From sequence record NC_041975.1: a stretch of 64,000 bases of DNA. One strand, 5' to 3'. The notes below the pieces were generated by a model. It worked only from the letters and a program-made list of their open reading frames with translations, had not been told where the DNA came from and did not search any database. Numbering within the stretch: the stretch's first letter is position 1; every line of letters starts with the position of its first letter. The position numbers and the translations under genes are program-made. Of this stretch, positions 55,503-63,995 are shown in pieces.

Positions 55503-56208
55503 CCGTATCTTTGCCAATTATGATGGTTACATTGAAGCTATTGATGCGCATTTTAAACCTACCTATCAACTGCAGCTGGCTGAGCAAGTCATCCCGGCTG
55601 AACAGATGGATAAGCTTGTAACCTGGATGGACCACAACGCCCATGTCAAGGGCGCAACCGTCTATCTGATGGAGTTGGTGCCTGATCTCGATAAACCGCA
55701 TCCTGTGCAATCAGAGATGCGTGTGTTTATTGCACTCGGTATGTTTAATCGTGAAGTCAACCCTGATTTGCCTTACTGGTGTCATGTACATCACCATTAT
55801 CCGGTTAACCTCGCTGTCGACTTGATTGTTACTGACCTGCAAGGCGTTCCTGTAACCCATGCCGTTCTGACTGCGTTTAAGTCATTTGATCGAGCGCGTA
55901 CCTACAGGGATAATCTCGGCGGCAAAGGTGGACATCAACCGCATCACGAAATCCATACTGGCATTATTGACCAAAGTGGTAAGGTGATCTTCGAAGCCTA
56001 CGGGAATATCAACTGGCATACCAAGAATGCCATTCGCCGGCTGGCTGAACGACAGATCCTACAGGAAGATACCGAGTTGTCAGCGGTGTGGTTACTGGCG
56101 GGTTTAAAAGCAGGTGTCAACTGGAAAGTCGAAGACCACGTTGACATCATGAAGGCAATCGATACTTTCCGTCCGAGGAATACCCATGATTTTAACGGCT
56201 ATGTTTAA
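55486..56208 (+). CDS. Hypothetical protein
   Basis: 240 aa; overlaps both neighbours. Confidence 0.7.
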   Translation: MQNLNDRIFANYDGYIEAIDAHFKPTYQLQLAEQVIPAEQMDKLVTWMDHNAHVKGATVYLMELVPDLDKPHPVQSEMRVFIALGMFNREVNPDLPYWCHVHHHYPVNLAVDLIVTDLQGVPVTHAVLTAFKSFDRARTYRDNLGGKGGHQPHHEIHTGIIDQSGKVIFEAYGNINWHTKNAIRRLAERQILQEDTELSAVWLLAGLKAGVNWKVEDHVDIMKAIDTFRPRNTHDFNGYV

Positions 56209-56950
56209 GAAGTGCTTTGGTGCGTCGTCTGTCTATAAAGAAGATGACGGCAGTACACGCATTACCGCTGACCAGTATGAACTTACGCTGGGTCGATCCT
56301 ACCATCCTAAGCTTAAGCGTAAGGTAGGTCGGGGTTTTGGTTTCTATGTCGAAAATGGCGAGAAGCTCGAGTTCGTCTTGCGGGGTTACTGGTTTGTGTT
56401 GATCGCCTGGAGCAAGAAGCGCAAATCACTCAAGTGGGACGAAGCGGAGAATGCACCGACTTACGGCTTCAATGTTGTTGACTCTGACTTAGCGATCTAT
56501 CTCGGCAACGAATCCGCTAAGTCAGACAAACACATCAGCATGCGTAGTCGTAGCAAATATATCCCCCTGCCCTGGGCCTGGACCTTCCATAAGCGTGAAG
56601 TGTTAACCACCCGTGACACCTGGGCTGATGTCAAAGAAGGTGCGTTGTCTCAAGAGTGGTCGTTCCCCGCCACATACGTCACCAAGCACAATGAAGTGCA
56701 AGAGATGATGATCGAAGCGAAGATGGAGCGCATGACCTGGCGCCTGGCATGGCTCCCTTGGTTCGTACCGGTTACCAAGAAAGACCGCTCGGCGAGTTAC
56801 AAGTACCACGGGAACGGTGGTAACGGGGTTGGTCACGACGCCAGTGGCTGGAAAGGCGGGGTCATCGGTGGCGGGGTCATCATGCGAGACAATGAACACA
56901 ACCCGAAAGAAACATTCGACCGTTTAATTAAAGAGCAGCATTACGGCTAA
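56201..56950 (+). CDS. Hypothetical protein (Trp/Lys-rich)
   Basis: Long ORF; ATG 56201 preferred over 56186. Confidence 0.7.
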   Translation: MFKKCFGASSVYKEDDGSTRITADQYELTLGRSYHPKLKRKVGRGFGFYVENGEKLEFVLRGYWFVLIAWSKKRKSLKWDEAENAPTYGFNVVDSDLAIYLGNESAKSDKHISMRSRSKYIPLPWAWTFHKREVLTTRDTWADVKEGALSQEWSFPATYVTKHNEVQEMMIEAKMERMTWRLAWLPWFVPVTKKDRSASYKYHGNGGNGVGHDASGWKGGVIGGGVIMRDNEHNPKETFDRLIKEQHYG

Positions 56951-56962
56951 GAAGGAAAACAC

Positions 56963-58114
56963 ATGCGTCAGTATTTGGATGGGATTCGTTACATCTTTGA
57001 GAACGGGTCACAACGAGGGGATCGCACCGGGGTAGGTACGTTGTCGGTGTTCTCGATGAAGCAGACTTATGATCTGCGTCTGGGATTCCCACTGGTCACC
57101 AGTAAGAAAGTGCGTATCGATTTTATTATCGAAGAGCTCATCTCCTTCCTGTCGGGTAATCCCGATATGCCGGGTGTGGGTATCTGGGATGATTGGCGTG
57201 TTAAAGACGAAGTCTCCCGTGAAGTCCCGTTAGAGAACCACGAGCGTTTAAAACTCTGGGTTGAGAAGTCGGACCTGAAGTATAACGTTGCTTACCTTCA
57301 ACTCAATGCGATGGGTTCTGTCGAAGCGGGTCATCGTTTCCTGGATGAGCAAGGGATTCCGCGTAACAGGAAAGAAGTACTGGTAGCAGAAGGTGCACTC
57401 AATGCACCCTATGGGCCAGCGTGGCGTGCGTGGAAAGGTCGTCTGGGCGAAGTGCATGATCAGATCGGTTATCTGCTCAAGTTGCTTAAAAACAATCCTA
57501 CGAGTCGTCGTATGCTATTGTCTGCCTGGGACCCAGCGAACATGCCGGATGAGTCTATCAGCCCGCAGGATAACATCATTGATGGCAAGCCACCTCTGAC
57601 TCCGTGTCATTGGGCGTTTGAGCTGTACACTGACGAAATCCTGGCAGAGGAACGCCTTGATTGGGTCGAAGCTAACGCACCTAGCCTCTGGGAAGACTAC
57701 AATGATCGTTCAGGACGTGGTCAATGGCTAGGCGACACAGACAGTAAGCGCCTTCATGAATTCCTGGACGAAGCCGGCGTACCGAAGTATTACCTGGATC
57801 TGAAGTATCACCAGCGTTCATGTGACTATATGGTTGGCGTGCCGTATAACATCGCCAGCTATGCGGTGTTGCAGCACATGTTCGCCGCCACCTGTAACAT
57901 GATCCCGCGGATACTGGAAGCGGATATGACTAACATCCATATCTACAACTTCCACAAAACCAATGCGGTCATGCAGGCCAGTCGCAGCCCACGCGCACTA
58001 CCCACTCTGAAGGTACTCGCCGCTCACGATAAGTTGGAAGACTATACGTTGGAAGACTTTGAACTCGAAGGTTATGATCCGCATCCTTTTATTAAATATG
58101 AAAGAGCGGTCTGA
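56963..58114 (+). CDS. thyA: Thymidylate synthase with two insertions
   Basis: DRTGVGT, GFPLVTSKK, YG..WR.W, NPTSRRMLLSAW, PCH (catalytic Cys), QRSCD..GVPYNIASY, HIY. Confidence 0.97.
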   Translation: MRQYLDGIRYIFENGSQRGDRTGVGTLSVFSMKQTYDLRLGFPLVTSKKVRIDFIIEELISFLSGNPDMPGVGIWDDWRVKDEVSREVPLENHERLKLWVEKSDLKYNVAYLQLNAMGSVEAGHRFLDEQGIPRNRKEVLVAEGALNAPYGPAWRAWKGRLGEVHDQIGYLLKLLKNNPTSRRMLLSAWDPANMPDESISPQDNIIDGKPPLTPCHWAFELYTDEILAEERLDWVEANAPSLWEDYNDRSGRGQWLGDTDSKRLHEFLDEAGVPKYYLDLKYHQRSCDYMVGVPYNIASYAVLQHMFAATCNMIPRILEADMTNIHIYNFHKTNAVMQASRSPRALPTLKVLAAHDKLEDYTLEDFELEGYDPHPFIKYERAV

Positions 58115-58146
58115 TCCACTGGTACGTTGAAGGGAGCACAACGGTA

Positions 58147-58512
58147 ATGAAGAGAGAGTCCAGTTACACCCTGGTCTTTGGGGAAGGCAGTACTGAAGAA
58201 GATGTCAATACCCTGCGTGAGATGGTGTCACACATGCGGGGGTTGACCGGGTTGTCGCAACTGGGGGCGTTTGAGGTGTTCGTTACCCATTATGAATTGC
58301 AACGTAAAGACGCAGGGCTAATCACCAGTAATCTTCCGGTGAATGCACAGTCGTTGTTTGATGTCAGTGATCGACAGAACTGGCTGACACCGCTGTTCAC
58401 TTCACGGGGGTTAGTGGCGTGTGACTTGTTGTTGTTACTGAAGCAAGGCAAATGGACCGGAGAACACCTCAAGGTGACCTTTCGGGTAAAAGGCATCAGG
58501 GCGAAAGCATAA
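58147..58512 (+). CDS. Hypothetical protein
   Basis: 121 aa; GGGAG RBS. Confidence 0.6.
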   Translation: MKRESSYTLVFGEGSTEEDVNTLREMVSHMRGLTGLSQLGAFEVFVTHYELQRKDAGLITSNLPVNAQSLFDVSDRQNWLTPLFTSRGLVACDLLLLLKQGKWTGEHLKVTFRVKGIRAKA

Positions 58513-58518
58513 CGCATA

Positions 58519-58546
58519 CGGAGGGGTCATTCCCTCCGCTATGCCG
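58519..58546 (+). terminator. Hairpin + TATGCCG
   Basis: CGGAGGG/CCCTCCG stem. Confidence 0.8.
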
Positions 58547-58585
58547 ATTAAGTTTTTGACAAAGTTTACTGCAGATCTTTTCAGA

Positions 58586-58595
58586 CCTATATCAC
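58586..58595 (+). promoter_or_regulatory. Putative early-type promoter motif CCTATATCAC
   Basis: CAGACCTATATCACGT directly after a terminator; near-identical to 40041-40056. Confidence 0.5.
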
Positions 58596-58644
58596 GTCGG
58601 TGAATAACCTTTCACTAATTAACCAATCCGTAGGGAGTTTTATC

Positions 58645-60021
58645 ATGGCTGCATTAAAATCTAAAGTTGAACTGTTTCACTGGTATCAGGAACTGAAAAC
58701 TGAATTTAAAACCGGCAAGATTACCGTGTTCGAATTTGAGCGGCAAGTGCTCAGCGAAATTCTTTCCCTGACCGATACTGGTAAAACACCATCTACTGCC
58801 AAAATCAGTTTGGTAGTGGACATCCTTAATTCTGTGGTTTTTGATCATGTGTTTACCGCAGACGGTATCATTGACCTGGACAACATGCTCGCTCGTGAAC
58901 ACGTACGCAACATTTCGGAATTGACGGCAGCACGCAATAACTTTATTACCATACAAGCCCAGGCCCGTCTGAACAAAGAAAAGGAACAGACTGCGAAACC
59001 AGCAGAGCAGAAGGCATTTGCCAAGTTTCCAACGAAAGAAGAGCTCGAATATTGGGTTAATGCCAGAAAGCTATTCCGTTATGGTAACCCCAATACGCTC
59101 GGCACTGAAGCATACCAGGAGGTTGTCAAATACTGGCATCTGGTCGATAAATATCTGGGTACATTAAAACTGGAACTGGATCACACCGACCCTAACTACG
59201 TCGATAACATCTTGTTGATTGACTACTTTGTATCGTTGGTCGCCAAGCAAGAGGTTCCTGAGGAAGAACGCAGGCATCTGAAAGACACACTTAGCAGTCT
59301 ATATGCGTGCCCCATTAAAACCCCACACATCGATGCATTTGTCGAACGTGGCCAACACCCCCTTCCAGTTAAGCCAAAACAACCACCCATCGCGCAACAA
59401 GCCATCGACCGCGCTATTGCCTGGCGTGAAGAGGAAACCAAAACAAACCATCAGCAAAAAGACATATTACGAGAATTCGCCGATCAATACTGTCCGGTAA
59501 TGGTGGCCAAGCAACATGCCACTCAGCAGTTGTTTGATTTCGTTGCTCGTGCGGTGAAACGTGTCTTGACCGCCATTGCTCAGCCAAACAACCCGGAAGA
59601 CGCCGAGATGCTGGCAAAAGGTCATGCCATCAACATTCTCAATGTTAAGCATGGTGTAATTGGTGTCAGTACCACGATTACCAGAAACGGTCTGGTCAAG
59701 TTACGCATCTTCGCTGAACGTGAACTATGTAACGAGGACTACGGTATTCCGACTCTGTCGTATAATCAAGTCCGTCAATCACCTCATGCAACGTTCAGCA
59801 TACCAGTGCCGGCACTGATAGATGGGTTCATTAACATGTGGGATATCCCTAATCAGGCCCCTCGCCATATGCATAATAGCGTAGGCGGTATGTTGGGTAA
59901 TCCCTATCCGTTACAGCAGCTTGATGGTTTGATGTCAGCTATTGCAAGAGAAGCAGCCGAGTACGGCGTTACGCCTACTTATGGCAGTACTGAAGACAGC
60001 CTTATCGTTGTTCTCCATTAA
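58645..60021 (+). CDS. Hypothetical protein sharing N-terminal helical motifs with 60083
   Basis: GGGAG RBS; WYQELK..FKTGKI motif. Confidence 0.75.
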   Translation: MAALKSKVELFHWYQELKTEFKTGKITVFEFERQVLSEILSLTDTGKTPSTAKISLVVDILNSVVFDHVFTADGIIDLDNMLAREHVRNISELTAARNNFITIQAQARLNKEKEQTAKPAEQKAFAKFPTKEELEYWVNARKLFRYGNPNTLGTEAYQEVVKYWHLVDKYLGTLKLELDHTDPNYVDNILLIDYFVSLVAKQEVPEEERRHLKDTLSSLYACPIKTPHIDAFVERGQHPLPVKPKQPPIAQQAIDRAIAWREEETKTNHQQKDILREFADQYCPVMVAKQHATQQLFDFVARAVKRVLTAIAQPNNPEDAEMLAKGHAINILNVKHGVIGVSTTITRNGLVKLRIFAERELCNEDYGIPTLSYNQVRQSPHATFSIPVPALIDGFINMWDIPNQAPRHMHNSVGGMLGNPYPLQQLDGLMSAIAREAAEYGVTPTYGSTEDSLIVVLH

Positions 60022-60029
60022 TCCACACG

Positions 60030-60056
60030 GGGAGGTTCGCCTCCCTTTTATTTTTT
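60030..60056 (+). terminator. Intrinsic terminator (UUCG) with U-tract
   Basis: GGGAGG-TTCG-CCTCCC-TTTTATTTTTT. Confidence 0.85.
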
Positions 60057-60082
60057 AATTAACCTACTGTGAGAATTTAACC

Positions 60083-60784
60083 ATGAACAAAGAAACTTAT
60101 ACTACCTGGTACAATGGATTAAAAGAAAGATTGGCGGCAGGTGACATTGATCAAGTTACTTATGAATCGCTTATCATCAGTAATCTTCATTCGTTGCTGA
60201 CTCGACACAGACATACCCGGCACGATATTAACCATCTGCCGTTACCAAAACATTTCGAACTGATTAACCATTATTTCGAACTGATTGCTGATGCAGAAAT
60301 GTCAGAAAGAAATGCCAGACATTTAGTCTCTTTTGTGGCCAGTATTATCGAGGCGATCCCGGCAGCCAGGGCATTCGGAAAGAAACATAACACACCACTA
60401 CCCCCTTCTAAGGAAGAGCTCGAGGGTAAACTTGCTTGGGGACGTAAGAAAGTCGCTACCCCAACTGAAGCGATGCGTGGTCGTCCGGTGATCACCCAGG
60501 TCAACGAACCTGAGAACGAAGTAACCATTGAACTACCCTGGAAAACCGCATTGCACGTTTACAAAGGGTTCCTGGTAAAGGCACTGATGTCAAAGCACGG
60601 ATACCAATACAGTGATGCGTATAACCACATTACTGATCATCAGAACAAATACGACGAACTCTTGGCAGAAGTCCTCAACGACATTATTGCTAATAAAGAG
60701 TCGCATCTGGTGTCGGTAGGTGGCGGCATCACTGCAGCGGGTACTGGTCTGGTGGTAAGCGGGATTATTAAGCCGGAGGAATGA
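60083..60784 (+). CDS. Hypothetical protein: helical N-domain fused to an RNAP beta-prime-like fragment
   Basis: RKKV.........RPVIT.......ELPW..AL..YK..L...L...GY....A...I......YD.L..E.L..IIA resembles phiKZ-type beta-prime; see findings. Confidence 0.6.
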   Translation: MNKETYTTWYNGLKERLAAGDIDQVTYESLIISNLHSLLTRHRHTRHDINHLPLPKHFELINHYFELIADAEMSERNARHLVSFVASIIEAIPAARAFGKKHNTPLPPSKEELEGKLAWGRKKVATPTEAMRGRPVITQVNEPENEVTIELPWKTALHVYKGFLVKALMSKHGYQYSDAYNHITDHQNKYDELLAEVLNDIIANKESHLVSVGGGITAAGTGLVVSGIIKPEE

Positions 60785-61344
60785 TGAAAGGAGAGATAGA
60801 GACACGCTTCAGAAGACACTACGGCAACCACATTAAACGGGGTAGTGATATCGCAGTGCCTTTATACCACATTAGTCTACAGAATGACTTGGAGGGGCTA
60901 TGGCGACCTAAAGCCCCTGACTCGCCATTTGATATTCCGAAGAAACCCAGCATCATTACTGAAATGCCGCTCCCGCGTATCTGTGTAGCACCATCTATCG
61001 AACAGTGCTTCTGGGCAATCTATCCCAATATCTCTAAGTTCTTTGAAGAGGAAGAATACGCTGCGGTTTGTTTTGCGGTTTATCAACCGATTCTGCATGC
61101 CGGTATTGCTGTCGTGGATACCAGTACGTTAACGCAATGCCGACTGGTGCACGATGCACATATTACCGGCGAGCATTGGTTACTCAGTGATACCACCATG
61201 TGTGTGATTGACTTTATTCAGGTTAAGAACACTTCACACGGTGAGTTCGTAAAGTTCCATCCGTTTGATACTCCGGCTGGTAACGAGTGGGAACTTGCCC
61301 CTAAAAATGTTGTTTATCATTCACTTAAATTAACGGAGTTGTAA
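60784..61344 (+). CDS. Hypothetical protein (PRICVAPSIEQC family)
   Basis: E..PRICVAPSI..C and VHDAHITGEHW motifs of a widespread phage family. Confidence 0.7.
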   Translation: MKGEIETRFRRHYGNHIKRGSDIAVPLYHISLQNDLEGLWRPKAPDSPFDIPKKPSIITEMPLPRICVAPSIEQCFWAIYPNISKFFEEEEYAAVCFAVYQPILHAGIAVVDTSTLTQCRLVHDAHITGEHWLLSDTTMCVIDFIQVKNTSHGEFVKFHPFDTPAGNEWELAPKNVVYHSLKLTEL

Positions 61345-61348
61345 ATCC

Positions 61349-61993
61349 ATGGTAACTGCTAGAAAAGCTAATAAGACCTTAGGTGAGCACGCGGTGGCTC
61401 ATGAGGCAGTAACACGCTTAGGTAGCAACAAGAAAGTCAAACCAGCTAAGCCGCTTTGGACACTGGAGAACATCGAGGACAATCTGGTTGGTCAAGGTAT
61501 CCTTGCCTACTTGAAACGCCACACGTCGTTATCGATCCGTGACATCAACACCGCGGCTAACCGCCTGACGAAGATTGCTGATTCAGATATAAAGGAAGGG
61601 AAAGCGCGTGATTACGTGGCACGAGTTATTGGGTACAACAATTACGACGCTCTCAACGTCACCGTTCGTGCAGCGGTACCTGTGCGCAATCATGTACAAC
61701 GTCGTAAAGCAAATAAGCCGGTCACAGAGCTGCTGATAGAAGACGAGGAACTACCGCCGGTAACACATACTGAAATCAACCCCTTGGTGATGTTAGCCCT
61801 ACAGCGTGAGATCTCTAAACGCGGCTTTCGTCTCCTGGGCAAGAACTACCGGGCCTTCGTTAACAAGGATAACCCCGAGCACACTTTTACGTTGATGCAG
61901 GCGTATAACTACCTTGCCAAACAACTGGGTTATCCGGACTATCACTCTATGCCCCGTCAATACCCAATCATTAACTTGCGCTACGTCGATTAA
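61349..61993 (+). CDS. Hypothetical protein with internally duplicated helical motif
   Basis: ARDYVARVIGYNNYDAL and AYNYLAKQLGYPDYHSM. Confidence 0.7.
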   Translation: MVTARKANKTLGEHAVAHEAVTRLGSNKKVKPAKPLWTLENIEDNLVGQGILAYLKRHTSLSIRDINTAANRLTKIADSDIKEGKARDYVARVIGYNNYDALNVTVRAAVPVRNHVQRRKANKPVTELLIEDEELPPVTHTEINPLVMLALQREISKRGFRLLGKNYRAFVNKDNPEHTFTLMQAYNYLAKQLGYPDYHSMPRQYPIINLRYVD

Positions 61994-62015
61994 CCTATTG
62001 TAAGGAATAAAGAAC

Positions 62016-62765
62016 ATGACGACGACTTTTCCGAAAGAGATGAATGCAGCTTTCCATCCTGATAACGAGCAAACCACCCAGTTGTGCAAAACGATCCAGC
62101 AGATCAGTGGGGTGGAGATCAAACGTGTACATGTGGTGATGGCGATCCACCATTACAAACAAAACGATACGGCACATCAGCCTGACCACATGCTGGCGGT
62201 CTTAGCAGAAGCAGCCCACATCATCCAGTCGTTTCCTGACCTGGAGAAATGGCGCACCCAGATCATGTTAGGGTGCCTGTTCCATGACACCCACTGTCAC
62301 ATCGATCGGGATATGCACCACCTGCTAGGCGCCGAACATGCTCAAGAGGCATTACTGGAGTATGCGTGTGGTTATGGGATGTCACGTGCGGATGTCTACC
62401 TGATCAGTCAGGCCGTACTGGAGCATCGGGCTTCCTGGAAGTACCCGCGTATTAACCCTGTATCCAACGCTGTAGCGTCTGCAGATCGTGGCTACCCTGA
62501 TCTAAAGAAATACATCCGTCGTGCTGTACAGTACCGTTACAAGCGTATGGCAGTCATCAACATGAACACCATCATCGATGAGTCGATCGAACACATGGTA
62601 GAGAAGTTCGGTGATGGCGGTTATGCCTGGGAAAGCTACCCGACGTATGCAGCGGTGATGCACGGTGATGCGATTCAACAAGTGAAGCAACAACTGCGCA
62701 GTAAAGAAGGAAAGGCGCAGCTCAAAGAGTACGCTGAACTCCACTTTGATGAGTGGGTAGAATAA
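62016..62765 (+). CDS. HD-domain phosphohydrolase
   Basis: H...H (AHQPDH), CLFHDT, HH..GA, LEHR and ASADR motifs. Confidence 0.85.
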   Translation: MTTTFPKEMNAAFHPDNEQTTQLCKTIQQISGVEIKRVHVVMAIHHYKQNDTAHQPDHMLAVLAEAAHIIQSFPDLEKWRTQIMLGCLFHDTHCHIDRDMHHLLGAEHAQEALLEYACGYGMSRADVYLISQAVLEHRASWKYPRINPVSNAVASADRGYPDLKKYIRRAVQYRYKRMAVINMNTIIDESIEHMVEKFGDGGYAWESYPTYAAVMHGDAIQQVKQQLRSKEGKAQLKEYAELHFDEWVE

Positions 62766-62772
62766 GCTACGT

Positions 62773-62803
62773 GGCCGGAGGATTACCTCCGGCTGTTATG
62801 CCT
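62773..62803 (+). terminator. Hairpin + TTATGCCT
   Basis: GGCCGGAGG-ATTA-CCTCCGGCT. Confidence 0.8.
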
Positions 62804-62925
62804 GTTCTTTCTTCTTTGTAATTCTCAACACATTCGGTCTTTGTTATACAAAGGCTATAATCTTTGTCCCGAGCTAAGGGTAACGTGAACAGTTATGCTG
62901 GCTTACTTTTTAAAGGTATCTTTTC

Positions 62926-63456
62926 ATGGATGGTTTATTTAATCTCTCCTCATGGCAATCGCTTTTACTTGTGGTAGTTGTACTCCTGCTGTGGGCGTAT
63001 TACCAACGACTTCAACACCTGCGTCGTAAGTATCATCGCCGTAATGAACGCATGATGGCGCAGAGCGTGGTCATGACATCCCGGCTGTTACTGAGTACCT
63101 TCTCGGAGATTGTGGAACGCGCTAAAGAGGAGGACATCTACCAGCGTGATCCTAACTCCCCGATTGCGGCAGACCGGGCCAGTGCGATGGCCTGCTCCTC
63201 CATCTTCAGTGGGTTGTATAACCTGGTTGTGGTGCCCGTCACCACCCTTGATCCGGTGTTCAACGATTTATTGATTACCGGTACTGAGCGGGAAGATGTT
63301 GAGGAAGGGGTCTTTGTGTCGTTTTATTTGGGTGAACAGCGTAATGATGTGGTTAGGCATTTTATACCCGACCGGTCGTTACAGGCCTTTATCACCCAAA
63401 CGCGTGCCTTCAGTGCTTACCTGCGACAGGCTGCGAATACAAAACCACCACAATGA
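62926..63456 (+). CDS. N-terminally membrane-anchored hypothetical protein
   Basis: TM segment LLLVVVVLLLWAYY followed by a basic stretch. Confidence 0.7.
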   Translation: MDGLFNLSSWQSLLLVVVVLLLWAYYQRLQHLRRKYHRRNERMMAQSVVMTSRLLLSTFSEIVERAKEEDIYQRDPNSPIAADRASAMACSSIFSGLYNLVVVPVTTLDPVFNDLLITGTEREDVEEGVFVSFYLGEQRNDVVRHFIPDRSLQAFITQTRAFSAYLRQAANTKPPQ

Positions 63457-63464
63457 GGTGACAC

Positions 63465-63995
63465 ATGACCAATTATGGTTTTCTGCTGAACACAGTACTT
63501 CTGGCTTTTCTTATTTGGTTTGGTTACCGACTGCACACGTTGGTAAACAACAGCGAGAAAGCCACCCTCGCCGCTGATCATAACGCCAAGCTGCGCTTCC
63601 TGACCTATGCAGCCCGGCAGATAATGAGTGACTTGTATACGTCGCTCAATCTTCCGACGCTCACCGGGTGTGCGAAGATGTATCTACGCGATGACGGCAA
63701 GCTTGATAATATTGAAGTCATTATGCGACTCTTCATGAAAACCCATAATGAGATTATTACCAAGCTCTCCGAGGGATTGGTGTCGGATCATTTGAAGATC
63801 ACCGATGTTAAAGTTACCCATGATCTGGTGACCAACGAAGTGCTCATCACACTCTTGTATCCGAATAAAGTCACTGACATCCTGGTCTTCCATCATAACC
63901 ACCTGGCGCAGGCGATCTACCAACTGGATCGATTGCAACATCGGCTCTCAACGTTCCACAAAGCGGTGCCGAACCGCGACCTGTACCAACTCTAA
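63465..63995 (+). CDS. N-terminally membrane-anchored hypothetical protein
   Basis: GAGGTG RBS; TM segment FLLNTVLLAFLIWFGY. Confidence 0.7.
   Translation: MTNYGFLLNTVLLAFLIWFGYRLHTLVNNSEKATLAADHNAKLRFLTYAARQIMSDLYTSLNLPTLTGCAKMYLRDDGKLDNIEVIMRLFMKTHNEIITKLSEGLVSDHLKITDVKVTHDLVTNEVLITLLYPNKVTDILVFHHNHLAQAIYQLDRLQHRLSTFHKAVPNRDLYQL

Noticed and set aside
56963-58114. dCMP/dUMP hydroxymethylase (DNA modification) instead of ThyA
   Set aside because: It retains the PYNIASY Asn and the canonical RSCD, typical of dUMP-methylating thymidylate synthase; no glycosyltransferase or kinase partners nearby.
62833-62861. Sigma70 promoter (TATAAT at 62856)
   Set aside because: The -35 position is TTCGGT, a poor match, and phiKZ-like phages use their own RNAPs.
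1324-63941. Numerous 60-135-aa alternative-frame and antisense ORFs in the track
   Set aside because: They overlap longer, motif-supported genes, lack RBSs and show no recognisable domains.
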